Shown one piece after another: positions 1-12,362 of a stretch of 64,000 nt of DNA. Source of the DNA: Utricularia gibba. Its lineage: Eukaryota; Plantae; Magnoliophyta. Under the pieces are notes generated by a model. The model saw only the letters and a list, made by a program, of their open reading frames with translations, did not search any database and was not told the origin of the DNA. Positions within the stretch are counted from its first letter, which is position 1. Every line of letters starts with the position of its first letter. The stretch lies in the NCBI GenBank assembly GCA_002189035.1, contig NEEC01000011.1, positions 620,001 to 684,000 on the forward strand, given 5' to 3'. A program made the translations under genes and the position numbers.

Positions 1-1050
1 TTAGTGATGTGAGGTCATCGATTGAGAATCTGAGAAGTAGTAGAGATGCTTTTTATATATTGTGTAATTTGTTGGAAACCCATGTTGGATTGATGCTTGG
101 AAAATATGTGAGTGTACTAGAGATGGTATGCATGTTTTTGGGAATTTTAGGCAAAACAAAAGAATACGAGTGTAAAAGCACATTTACAGGAGAAGCACTT
201 TGTCATGGTGCTTTCACCAGGTGCTGTACGCAGTGCTCTACCTCCACGATGTGCTGTTGTAGAAGTCGATAGTTGTAGGTGCACATGCATCTGAAGAAAA
301 ATTCAAGTACTTCCAGGTAACCTAATGTTTTAGAACTGATTTTTCTATTTTTGCTGATATCCGTGTACGTGTACACAACATTCTGTAGTTGCATTGGATG
401 GTACACATATTGGCATACGAGTAAGGGCCCATGACGTAACAAGGTATAGAAATCGAAAGGGTTTTGTTTCAAAAAATGTGTTGGGTGTGTGTGATGAAGG
501 CATGAAGTTTATTTACATGCTTGCTGGTTGGGAGGGATCTACGGCTGATAGCCGTGTGCTAAATGACGCATTGTCAAGGATAGATGGGTTTCACAGATAT
601 CCAGGTACAACAAACTCTTGATTGATACATGTGTGATAATGGGTATGCTAATAGGGAATGATTCTTGACCCTATACTGAGGGGTGTGCTACCATTTGAAG
701 AATTGGGTACAAGGAAATCAAGCATCACAGAATGTGAAAGAGCTATTCAACATGCGCAATGCATTAGCAACGTGATTTAATGAGTATGGGGGTTAAGGAA
801 AGATGCGCTGGGGTATACTATGGACTGCTAGCCACTATTCAGTTCGCACACAAAATCGAATATTATTAGCATGTGGCCTGCTACACAACCTCATTAGGAA
901 GGAAATGCTTGTCGATCCCTTGGAGGGTAAGGTGCCGCAGGATTACGGTGTTGACAATAGTGAAAACATTGATGTGGAGGACGTAACGACTACAATTGGC
1001 TCGAGCGATGCATGAAATGCATGGTGGTATGAGTAGGCTGAGGGTATGTA
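1..1050 (+). pseudogene. PIF/Harbinger DDE transposase (HARBI1-like nuclease) remnant
   Basis: ORF 394-621 reads DGTHIGIRV...YRNRKGFVSKNVLGVCDEGMKFIYMLAGWEGSTADSRVL, the PIF/Harbinger DDE core. The downstream fragment RWGILWTASHYSVRTQNRILLACGLLHNLIR matches the family C-terminus. Stops and frameshifts interrupt the frame. Confidence 0.9.
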
Positions 1051-1649
1051 TCATGAGTGGGTCACATCGTAGATGTGCTGGGCAGTGATTGCGTGTTGTT
1101 TGTTAAGTGTTGAAACTATTTATGCTATATGTTGTATCTTGGATGTTTGAGATAATAAATTAGTGTGAGATAGGTGATTACTTCTCACTTTGCTTCGGGG
1201 AGTTCATTGTTATTGCATCGTATATGTTTCACATGTGTGCTGTAGGTATTTACCATTTGTGCAGCACGTCCCAGTTTTCTGCCTCGTCCTTTGTACGTAC
1301 ACTACAAAAGCATATGACATTAAGTTATGGAGCTTTTGGGGAGTTGTGAGTGTGACTTGCATATGTTCATATGCACAGCACCCCAATGCACAACGTGCAA
1401 ACCACATCATGCACCACCTTGCTTTCAGTGTGGAGCAAGGTGTGAAACAACACCATGTTGGGAAACACCATGATTACACCGATACATTATCTTTCCCTAG
1501 GCGTTTCATTTATTGAGCCCTTTTACGACCTCTCTCAACCATTAGGGTCTAACAACACCATGTTGGGAAACACCCCCTGCCGCCCATGCTATGCTCGTTC
1601 TCAATGTCCGTCACCCGACGGCGTATGTTCTCAACTGAAGTGAGCACTT

Positions 1650-2050
1650 GCTATTCACTTATGACAGTCATCTAGAGTTGTTTCCTATTGTTGTCTTGCA
1701 GATGTTGATGTGAGAGAACATCAATGCTCAATTCACTGTCCTGGATGCATTTCACATGTGGAACAAATTACCCAATAAACTTCAGACTTAGAATTGTCGA
1801 AGAGGGTTGGACCCATAGGTTTCGCGATGAGCGCCAAGCACTTTCAATGTGGGTTGCGTCTACCTCCGCCTCCATTCATGATGTAGATCCTTGCGGCACC
1901 GCAGATCCCTTTCTCACACTATAATGTCATTTATTCACATATGTGAAGAGGAGAGCATTCCATTGGAGGTGTGCCTCTTGTTTGCATTGTCCATGTGTGT
2001 GCAGTGCAAGGGAAGTCGTCACTTTTCGCTACATGGTAAATAGGTTGTCG
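1650..2050 (-). pseudogene. Myb/SANT-like ORF1 remnant of the PIF/Harbinger element, convergent with the transposase
   Basis: Manual minus-strand translation gives HTWT...VNK...ATHIESAW...KCI with stops and frameshifts, resembling the plant Myb/SANT-like Harbinger ORF1 pattern (WT...PHIES.W...KCI). Its position opposite the transposase fits PIF structure. Confidence 0.5.
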
Positions 2051-2249
2051 TACTAGTGTCCTTGTTTGTGTGTGCTCACTGAGTACATATGTATGTACTT
2101 TTGGGTTGTTTTTGTTGTTTTTGGACAACAGTTCCCAACTTTTGGGTGGGTGATCCGTGCTTCATCACCCTACTAATTTTCTCGAAATTCTGTTTACTGT
2201 GTTAATTGTATGCACCCCCCCCTTCCCCTACCACTTCCAAGAATATTGC

Positions 2250-2631
2250 ATTTAGTAAACGTAAAGCTGATGTGTGTTGATTATAAGCCCTGTGAACACA
2301 CAAGTGCGGTGTTAGGCATGGATCCCCTATATTGTGATACAGTAGGTTGCATTTAGGGGTAGCACCACAACGACCAGATGGCAACATCATAGTGCTCCAT
2401 GCAAAAGTGCATAAGTTCTCTCACACCGGGTCGGAGATACATTGCATATGAGATATTTAAACCCATGTTGAGGAAACACTGCAAGATGTTAAAAACGGTG
2501 TAAGGTGTGGTACCATTTCTGCCGTAGTTGATGGTGTTTGGTCTTGGAGCCCCTCATTTGACATCCCTCACGTAGACAATGTTTGCCAAGACCTCCTTGA
2601 TGTCAAATATTAATAACTTTCTTGGAGGCAT
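2250..2631 (-). pseudogene. FCP1-homology / NIF (HAD-type CTD phosphatase-like) domain remnant
   Basis: One minus-strand frame gives MPPRKLLIFDIKEVLANIV (2631-2575), a stop, then YLRPGVRELMHFCMEHYDVAIWS (2439-2371). These resemble the KLLVLDxNGLL and RPxxxEFLxFCxExFxVxIWS motifs of FCP1-homology proteins. Confidence 0.55.
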
Positions 2632-3199
2632 GTTACCTACGGATGGTCCACTATACGGCCACCTGCACTCATACCAATGCAAACACACCTGCAACTCTAG
2701 GTTCTCTTCTGTTAGCTTCTAGAGTTCCATGTACTTCTCTAGAATGGGTCCACCACCGTGCTTGTCTAACACTGACACTAGCCTCGATCGGTGGCATGGC
2801 TTGTCAATCGGTGGCATGCCATCTTCATCGTTGGTGGCTCTATCTGCATTGGCATCCTCGGGTGCATGCTGTCAGTTGGAACGTGCCAAACCACAGATGT
2901 TGGGTTAGTGGCGCATTTACAAAAGGTAGCAGTACAACATCTAGGGATGTTGTTTTGGAGGAGAACAGACCACAAATTTCTCTGCTGCACACCATGGCAA
3001 TACCTCCAAACCTACATAAACATAGGAAAATAGCAAAGCAAACATATCATACCCATACCCAAAAAACATGTAGTGCATCAACTACTTACCAGAAGGGACC
3101 CCAACGTACTTGGAGTCCCTGAGAACTATGCCTAGAGGTGGTCATTCCATATTTTTTTATAAGATCTAAGGTGTATTTATGTTAAGAGATTATGATCTC

Positions 3200-5432
3200 T
3201 GAGGCTATTTCTTGACTTCCAACCCTAAAAGGTAAGTCAAAATACCTAAGTTAGTGAGTTCAAAAACTTGCTTCAAATGTTCTTGATTTACTAGATCCTC
3301 ATTTCTTCTTATTTTTAGGATTTCGTCTACATATATAGATATAATGGCATGTTGTGCTATATTTTTATCCTTCAATACATACAAGTTTGCATCATTCTCA
3401 ATTTTATGATATCCCTGTTTTAGAAGGTAAACTTTACCTTCCATACCAATAATAACAAAACATATAGTAGATAGAAATGTACTATATAAGACGATTGTTC
3501 CACATAGATTTCTTCTGCAACAGTCCCACTTTGGAAAGCTAATTTTATGTCTGGATGGAAGATGGGGGCACCTTATACAAGCTGCTAGAGCTATTAATAA
3601 TGTAATCATATGAAGTCAAGTCACAAGAGTAAAGTTGTCATGATTGTCTATTGCTTCTCGTTGAATGAAGCCTTGCGCTTATTTATACTTCCATTAGGGT
3701 TTAATTCCATCATTAGCACCCACTTCACTCCAATGGGTTTCTTATCTTTACTCTATCTACAAAGTCCAGGTCTGGTAATCTTTGATATCTTAAGTTCATA
3801 TTCCGTGGCATTCCTCTATTCTGGATTTGACAAAATATAGCCTAGTTTGGTCGGTTCAGAATGAGTAAGTAGACACTTGTCTTGATAAAAGGAGTTGATT
3901 GGTTTGAATCACAAACTTGGTTACTATCATCAACACTATTTTCTTGCTGTGGAGTGTATGATGGCATAAACTGGTGTGTAATCCCATTTTTCTAACACAA
4001 CATCTTTAATTTATGAGGTATATATTTACCTCCATTGTTTAAACTAATGTATTTAGTTTTGCACCCACTTTTATTTTATGTTGCAGCCTTGAATATTTTG
4101 AACTTAGAGACTACCTCAGTTCAACTTTTTATGAAATAGACCTATGCAAACCTAGAGTAGTAATCAATAAATAGTATAAAATATAGACTTCTGCATTTTG
4201 TATCTGGAATTATTGGTCCACAAATGTCTAAATGAATAATCTCTGAAGGTGTGGAGGAGATATATTGACTCTTTTTGAAGGGTAGGCTACTCATTTTTTT
4301 GAGCATGCAAATTTCATATCATTCTTATACCGGCGCTAGGTCTTCTATTCCATCCACAAATTTGACTTGAGAGTTTTTATAAGTGATATTTGATTGTGAT
4401 ATCTGTATCTTTGATACCACAGCAGCATGTTTTTTTTCTAGAATTGACATTCATACTTATGTGATGTACTTTGAAATTGTCTCTTAGGAAATGGATAGGA
4501 AATTCCATGTTCGACATTGATAGGCACAGAATCTTGTTTCAAAGATATCTCTTCTCCAATTTTTCTGACACTTATTAGTAGTGCACTCTATGATGGTTTC
4601 ATAAGCCTCTGTGATTACTGCTATGTCTAATGTTGCACATTGTAGGCTCTTTATTTATCAACATCTATGCTTAGTGGTGCATTTTTCTAGGTATGTAACT
4701 CCTTGGCATCTTTCCATCGAAGGTGGGAGGAGCCAGGGTGGTGTTCATTATTGTAGACATGAGGAGGATTAGGTTTGTGTCTTTGTCTGGAGTTTTGGTT
4801 TTGGAGAGTTGTCGCAAATGAAGGAGGCTTGTCTTTCTTTGCTTCATGTTGGGTTCACCATGAAGAGAGTCACTTTGCTTGAATCTTCACACTAAATTAG
4901 AGAGACTTGTGAAGATGTTATTTGGATTATTACCCATTACTGTATTTACATGGATGTTTTCCTTTTATAGAGCAAGATTTTAATGATCATTGGTAGACCT
5001 ATAATTGTTGTGTAGGCAGCCATTGCAAAGCATCAAGATGTGCAATAGGTGAGCTGGGCCGGATTTGTCCACTTCATGGACAATCTTGTTAAAAAATGAA
5101 AGAGTATTGATCCATAAATGTACAATACAAGAAGGAGAAAAACAATCTTCTGTAAAGAGTTTTCAAAAGGAAGACATGGAAGATGAAGCTGCGCTTCTCC
5201 AAGAACCCTTCAACCATAAGAGTAGAAAGTGCAGAGATACGGGCTTATCATCCTTAGTGGGCATCTTTTCCCATAAATATGGGTTACTCAATACTTCTAA
5301 TAAGTCCACATTCATTAGTGTAACTCATTTTGGTATACACCAGTTGAGTAGTGAATACTCACCCCATTTCGTGCATAACTCTCACATATGAAGAATAAAA
5401 AAATTAAAAGTAAGTCTTCTTGAGTTACAACA
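3200..5432 (-). mobile_element. Old, internally deleted Ty1/copia element (Ivana-like), 5' LTR about 4861-5432, no 3' LTR
   Basis: Minus-strand order: gag start MSTIMNTTLAPPTFDGK (about 4770-4720), integrase VYFIKS*TEVVSKFKIFKA and GITHQFMPSYTPQQE (about 4150-3930), RT ISIYVDEIL...FELTNLGILTYLLGLEV (ORF 3205-3609). The putative LTR runs TGTTG...TTCA and is followed by TGGTGA. Confidence 0.75.
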
Positions 5433-5668
5433 TGTGGTAGAGGCTATCCCCAATAGAGGATATTTGCATTTTCTTGTTTCTTCACAACTTGAAGTATTGT
5501 TGATAGGTTGTAAATCTTCAAGTTATTGGTTAGTGAATTGGCGGCTCCCTTTGCCCAAGATTTTTTCCGTTTGATGTTTCTACGTAAAAATTCTGTGATA
5601 TATTGTGTTTTGGTTTGTTTTGCTATTTTTACATCGAAAAAATCACTACGCAAATTCTAACAGACTCA

Positions 5669-7064
5669 ATGTCAAATTCAGTAAAGATTCATACATTATT
5701 GCATGTACTCAATGTGCTTGAGCATGTCCTACAATTGTATTAGAAATGATACTCTAGGACCGAGGAGTATGTTGGGTGTAAGAGATGTGAATCCGCATGT
5801 CCAATCGATAACACATATTTTTTAGCATTTAAAGATAGGAAAATAATTAATATTTTAATGTAAAACTCGAATTTTATTGTGTAATTCTGCGTTTTGTGAT
5901 TAATGGCATTGTTTCCGTCTTTTATTCCTTATTGGGACTAAATCTAGATTTAGTCCAGATCTTATTCTAATCATTCTCTTGAGGAATGTAGCACATTTTA
6001 GTAGCCCAAATCCTCAGGAGTCGAAAGTGTACAGTGGAGATGACAGATTAATGGGGACACAAGCTTAAAACGGAAGATACCAAATCCGAAGGTGGAAGAA
6101 AAAGAAGATTTTGGGAATAATGAGAGAGAGGAAATATCCCAACAAACTTAAACAACACGAATGGAATTCCGGGGAGGAAAGAAGTAGGAAGTCGTAGCAG
6201 AACCATGGAGGACGAGGAAGACGAAACCATGATCCAAGCCAACTCTTGAAGTTTTCTTCTGCTTATGAAGGACACTATTCTTCGCTAGGCGTTGTTTTAG
6301 CTTTTCCGGGAGAAGTATTTACTATTTATGTTTCTGTTATGCATTTTATGCTGTTTCTGAACTTTACAATCAAGATGATGTTTACGAAATGTCATGAAAG
6401 TGTTTTCATTTCACTTATGTTAGTGTTATGAGTGGCTAGGTACTTGGGGGTGCCTTGGGACAAAGGGGGATGGACATGCCTATTGTTTACTAGACCACAC
6501 TACCATTTAATCACTCTAATTCCTTAGCAAACCAAGATAAATCCAAGAGGGGAAGGCAATGGTTTTCATCATAAACAACCATAATTAAAGGTAGACCAAA
6601 AATTAGTGAAAAACATGGGTTTGGGTATATTTGAATCTTTTCTTATTAGGCGAATGGTTTTAGGTTTTGATGAAATAGTTGTAGTGATTAACATACTATC
6701 CCTGAGTATCTCAAGACATCAGTTTCTTTTATTTTGGATAAAGATCTAGTTTTACCCGTTTACTATCTTTCCGTATACTATCGTTGAATTGCCTTAATCT
6801 TAGCTTTAACTAAATCTCTTATCTGTGATACAAATTGAATGCACCAACCTTCACACAATAAGCACATAGCTCCTTGGGTTCGACCCTAGTACACTATGCT
6901 CATATTTTTCGTATGATTTGATGTGAAATGAGTTTATAAATTTATTTAATATGAGAAATTTGCATTTAACGACATTACAATATTTTTCGTTTATAACCAA
7001 TGGATTTGTTGAGTGTTTGGGTTTATTTATGGGATGAAACGAGTTGCAATATGGGTCTTTCATT
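5669..7064 (+). pseudogene. psaC: Plastid-derived psaC pseudogene (NUPT), split by a solo LTR (parts 5669-5805 and 6997-7064)
   Basis: The first part reads MSNSVKI...CTQC..ACPT.VLEMI...[16 protein letters not shown]; it resumes after the insertion as MDLLSVWVYLWDETSCNMG. Plastid PsaC reads [29 protein letters not shown]...[35 protein letters not shown]. Small deletions and stops are present. Confidence 0.9.
5806..6996 (+). mobile_element. Ty3/gypsy (Athila-like) solo LTR, 1191 bp, TSD CCAAT
   Basis: CCAAT lies at 5801-5805 and 6997-7001. Termini CGATAAC...TTTATAA are decayed TG...CA. The 3' end is clearly homologous to the minus-strand LTR at 58998-60168. Confidence 0.85.
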
Positions 7065-7169
7065 TTTCAAAATTTTATTTGGATTCATTTTATTTTCGTT
7101 TTTTTAGAGATAAAAGTAGTTTGAGCATAGAGTTTTTTAACCAAGTTTATCTTGCCACCACAAATAATT

Positions 7170-7930
7170 TCTTTGCGTAAAAATAATTGTGGTTTTGCCA
7201 ATTATTCTGTGTTCGTTAATTTTCTTTCTTCTACATGGAGAAAACAGAGTAATACGTTTGTATACTATATCCATGAATTGCTTCTACCCATTTATCATTT
7301 TCTTATCAATTGCAATCGGATTATCCATTAATCCAGCTAGTCCACGATCACATTTGGATCCATTTTTCAGATTTTGATTGGAGATTTGGAATAGATGGGC
7401 TATCTGTAGGACCCATTTTAATGACAGTATTCATCACTGCTTTAGTTTCATGGCTTATAACTTCAGGTTCTCAATTATTTTCTTCTTTTTTTGTAATTTT
7501 ATGGGGTGCATGTACTAAGTTACATACTTTATTTTTTTATACTACACAAGGGGTTCTATTTTTCTTTTAATTGAAGGTTTGGATATTGGTTAATATAGTT
7601 TTGCTCAACCACCATCAAATTTTCGCTAATTGGTTGTATGGTGTGAGCGTTGGAAATTAGATTTTATATTGGATTTTCTTTTATTGCTTTTACGGTCAAA
7701 TTAATAATAATATCTTTAGGTTACCGGATATGGAGAGTATTATTAAAAATGGGAGCTTAGGGATTAGTTTCCATAAATATGGAATTCTTTCCTCACGTTC
7801 ATTCTATATTTTCTCCTTGGTTGCTGATACTAGGTATTCTTCCGTATCCCACATAGGTTTTATAGTTATAGGAAATATTTATCTTACTGATATAGGAATT
7901 CTCTCCTTACAAACAAATTGGGTAAATAGT
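7170..7930 (+). pseudogene. ndhD: Plastid-derived ndhD pseudogene (NUPT), in plastid gene order after psaC
   Basis: [57 protein letters not shown] and [14 protein letters not shown]...TDIG match NdhD motifs. Many small deletions and frameshifts. Confidence 0.85.
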
Positions 7931-9630
7931 GGTGAGAGAATGATTGTAATTGCAATCTACTCAGCCTTCAAATACTTTTAGCAATTCAAATATAAGATAT
8001 ATTTGTAAACATTAACATAACTTTTTAAAATAATGATATAAAAAATTTTACATACAAAACACCATTGAAAAATTTCCAAATTTTTTAAAGATGCCACTAA
8101 ATTGGTTCATTAAGATACAACTACTAAAAACCGTCTCAAAAAATATTTTAATTCGCTAAGATTAAAAAATTATAATTACAAGTATTCAATTAGTATTTAC
8201 TCTCGAAAATTATAATTAAAAATTTTTGTTTAATATAATAAACTATTATAACAAAGTATTAAATTAGTATTTACTCTCGAAAATTTAATTTATTAATTCT
8301 ATTATCTTATATTAGATATATCATACAAAAAGAGTATGCAAAAGAAATCAAATTTAATCTAATTTATTTTTAAATTAAATTGATTCTAATATGTTTTTTA
8401 GAAAACGATTAATAAGCATTATTGATATACATTGGTTATGAAAATTTTAAATATGACTCATATATTTTACTCTTCTACTCATTATATAAAAATTTGGCGT
8501 AATTAGTCTCCAATATTTGAAAACATTAATAAAATTTACCCTCATTCTTTATTAAATTAGATTCTAAAAATTTACTATCCATTATTTTGACATAAATAAT
8601 TCACAAATATTTGAACTAATTAGTATTAGTAATTATTAAATATTCAAATTTGATAAAATTAGTTTTCCAACTAATCTTGGCGAATTTTTAGATTAATGAG
8701 ATTTAATTATCCCAAGTATTCAAATAATGATAAATAAAAATTATTGGTACTTGAAAATTGTGTGTTTAAAAAATGAAAGTTATGTAAAAATTATACTTTC
8801 AAGGAATTACAATTGAATGCAAATAAAAATTTGATTGTGGATATGTTGAAATTATATAGTTTAAAAAAATAAAATTATCTTCACGCATTTTGTAAGTATT
8901 GTAGTTGGTATATAAAAATTATTATAAATTGTTAAAACAGCTAAATTCACTTGTTAATTCATTAGTTGAATTTGAAAAATAAATTTATTCATGAATTATT
9001 CATTATAACTCTTTTAAAAATAATTATACGTGTGTTTGATTTTAGTTATAATATATTTAAATTAATATCCCATGTATCATGAATTAAAATATGTACTATA
9101 TGTAAAATTATTTACATTATATTTTGAAGTATTATTTTAATGTTTAAAAATGCGTATGACCTCTCAATTGCTAAATGAACTAAAAAGACCAATAGATTGT
9201 AACTATAACTACTATTTCGCCCCCTTTTTACATGTCAGAACAACGATGAATTGTACAATAGTAGAATTTTTTATTTTTTAAATTTTGAGTCTCATAATAT
9301 TTACCTTACTCTTTATCTTTCAATTAATTTATTTTATTTTCTTTTTTGGATTTTTTGAGAAACACAGATAGTCAAAATGATTTTTCTCTTCTCCTGTATG
9401 ATAGAGAATGGAGTAAAGAATCTTGATATAAATAATTTGTAATAAATAGCTTCACGGAAAAAGTCATTATTTTGAAGATTAAAGAAATTAATGGACCTGA
9501 GAAAAAGATTGTAATATTTCCTTTCCATTTCAATGAGCATGGATTGATCGGGTAGCATAGTTGGTAGGACATAGTATTGGAAATCCTTGTGCTACCATTC
9601 CTTTCTGGCATGATTTTACTTTGGACAAAG

Positions 9631-9634
<4 letters not shown>

Positions 9635-9671
<37 letters not shown>
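9635..9671. repeat. (TA)n microsatellite
   Basis: Uninterrupted TA dinucleotide run of about 18 units. Confidence 0.95.
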
Positions 9672-9673
<2 letters not shown>

Positions 9674-10317
9674 ATTTATAATCTACATCTTAATAGATTT
9701 AGACTAGGTTTAAAAATAATATAAAAAATGGCTTCGGATCAAGGATCCAGTTTACTCAAAACTTATCCATACTTGTATATGTAAACCTTGATGATCGACC
9801 GATTTGCTTGTGCAAGTTTTAAAGGTATTATTCTGATATAGTGGTACTCGATAACCGGTATGACACCGTACATTGTTGAATGGGATTATAGAATCAATCA
9901 CACCAAAGTCATTTCAATTGTTGTGATAACACATATTTTATCCATACCCAAATCTAACCCCCTATTCCTCACACCTTGCAGTCAGATTAGACATAATGTG
10001 TCTTATCATCGATGTTTGATTGAACTTTTTTCTTTAAATGCTTGAGGCCAATTTGAGATTCTCCCACACTCTCTTTAAATTATGTAGTACTTAAGAGTAC
10101 GTTGATAAAGAAAACCTTGTGAAAAATGGAATCGAATCTCAAATTAAATATTGAAAAATATATTAAAACAGTCACACGTGTAGAACATGCATATGCTCGA
10201 CTCTAAAATACAAAAACTGATGAAAAATGACTTGAAATCAATACAAAGGTGTAGGAATCAACTCTAGACTCCTGGACTGACTCTACGACTCCGGCCTTCG
10301 GCCTCTAGTATTTATAT

Positions 10318-11728
10318 TGATAAACGGAAATTTTAGCATATCGTTGCAATAAAAGAAAACTTCCGTATCAAATACATTTATAAGTCCTAATCTACACAAA
10401 ATACAAATTGAGAAAACTTGTATAGTGGATGTCGGGGTCGATCACGAGAAGCTTGTGCTTGTCATGTATTTCAATAGATGCAGAATTCAAAGTAATGGTA
10501 AGTATTAGTCTAACATCGGACCAACAGTGGTAAAAAAGTTCAGTAAACAAGATCAGTAAAAAATTTCAGGTCTTAACGCTAACGTAATAGGTACTAGTTC
10601 TAACTCAGAATAATACTAAGGTGTCTTAAGGGTCTGCAGCTAGTATGGTGCCAAAATCCCTAATTTAATCTATCATGTTTCTACACTCATAACTTCAAAT
10701 AACTTAAATCTACCCAGATCATTCATCATATTTTTGGCTAAGCTAGTCTCCCATATCATCACCAACATTGCAATAGGTCTACCTGTATGCAAAACATATA
10801 GAACTAGGTCTACTCGGTTCTACTGATTCTATCATGTACTAACACCTACTGCTCACGTCTTGATTTGTTAGTCTACCTCTAAATCAAGCATCTAAGTTGT
10901 GCAGCTACTTGTTTACCTCCTTAGCTCTACCCATGGCTTGATAGAAACAAGAGCTAAGAAACAATGGTAAATTTTATTAAGATTCCTAGACCCACACCAC
11001 CATGCTTCACTTCAAGGCACCCCTAGGGCTTTAGTTACTCATATTTAGAAGGGAAAAAGTAATGACATTAACATAAAACAACGAAAATATTAAGAACATC
11101 GTGCAGAAGCTGGGTGTAGAAACTAAAAACATGAACAAACAAAAGCAAAGCAATAAGAAGTCTGGTTTTCGTCTACTACTGTTCCTGGACCGAAACAGTA
11201 GCGTTGAACTGGTTCTGATGGTGTTCTTGCGGATGAAGTTCTTCTTCTCCTCTTCTAGTCAGTGTTCTTCGTGTTGGAGGTGTTTTTGTTGGTGGAGAAG
11301 TCGTCCTCCAGACGTTCTTCGCTGATGGAGGGAAAAAACCCCCATGTGTATTATGAAAAATGCGTTGTCCTCTTGTGATTCTCTCTCCTCTACCTTTCTC
11401 TCGCCTCCCACTTCCCAAGGCAAGTACATTGTCTAACAGTTCTGCTGCTCTTGCTCCTGACTTGCATATTGCTGTCGGGACAGTATATTCATTGCCCCTT
11501 GCTGTGCGGTAACTTACACGAAATCCTTGACTTTTCCATGATTTTCTGGTAGCTGCTGGGATCAAAATTTGGTTAGAACATGGCTGGGCTAAATCCTTTG
11601 ATTTAGCCCACTAACACACCAAAAATCACATTTTCCTACAAATACTTAAAACTATAAACTAAACAACTAAACATACTTAAAACTCATGATTTTCATATCC
11701 TAAAAACATGAAAATTTGTGTGCTATCA
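10318..11728 (-). mobile_element. Athila-like solo LTR, 1411 bp, TSD TATAT
   Basis: Minus-strand termini TGATAGCAC...TTTATCA, with TATAT at 10313-10317 and 11729-11733. Homologous to the LTR at 49074-50423 and the partial LTR at 27160-27810. Confidence 0.9.
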
Positions 11729-12029
11729 TATATAATGGTGGGGATTTGTAAAACTTTATTGATAGGCTCATATCAAATCTTATATCCAAATCTTCTAAGA
11801 TGAAATGTGAATCTTCTAGGACAAAATCTGAATGTTTTAAGATAAGATACCAATCTTATCTAATTCGAAAATCTTTAACCAAGTTTTCATTCGAATAAGC
11901 CGAATCTTTGTCTTCACAAAGGTCAGCTCGAATTTATTTCAAATTAGGCCAAAATTTTCAACTAAGCATAAATTACGGTGCTTAGTTGAAACTTTATTTT
12001 ATAACAAGCACCAAGTACTAATAGATGTG

Positions 12030-12362
12030 GTGCTCATCTTAAAAACGAAAATTCACATTTTACAGCAAACACCGGATAATAATAGACGTGGTGCTCGTCT
12101 TTAAAACGAAAACTCACATTCAACACTAAGAATGAAAACTTACAATTAGACATGTTGTTAGTACTTTCATTTTTATCTTTGTCTTTGTCTTCATCTTTTT
12201 CTTCTTTATTTTCTTCTTCTTCTTCTTCTTCTTGGCGGTTTCCCACAGGTATATAGACACCTGGCGGGTTTATTTTTACCCGCCTGAAACCCATGAACCA
12301 AACGTGGATTTATGTCAAAACTTACGCCGCAACCCACGTAAACTATCCAACCAAACGCGCCC
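12030..12362. mobile_element. Possible Tourist-like MITE remnant
   Basis: Ends in ATCCAACCAAACGCGCCC (12345-12362), the reverse complement of a GGGCGCGTTTGG-type Tourist terminus. An internal duplicated motif (tgctc.tc.t.aaaacgaaaa.tcacatt) is present. The matching left TIR and TSD were not found. Confidence 0.3.

Noticed and set aside
1446-1574. 24-bp direct repeat AACAACACCATGTTGGGAAACACC
   Set aside because: A single local duplication within a decayed transposon; no evidence of function.
5644-5660. CACTACGCAA as a possible CACTA terminus
   Set aside because: No partner TIR or 3-bp TSD was found. It lies just upstream of the psaC NUPT and is more likely plastid-derived sequence.
7950-9330. 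Very AT-rich stretch (also 62260-63050) as a possible Helitron
   Set aside because: No TC start, hairpin or CTRR end was identified.
9334-9611. Minus-strand ORFs resembling plastid ycf1/ycf2
   Set aside because: I could not match any specific motif.
11101-11565. Short ORFs inside LTRs (also 6048-6431, 49257-49711, 59270-60022)
   Set aside because: They lie wholly within LTRs, are low-complexity and have no domain motifs, so they are treated as chance ORFs.
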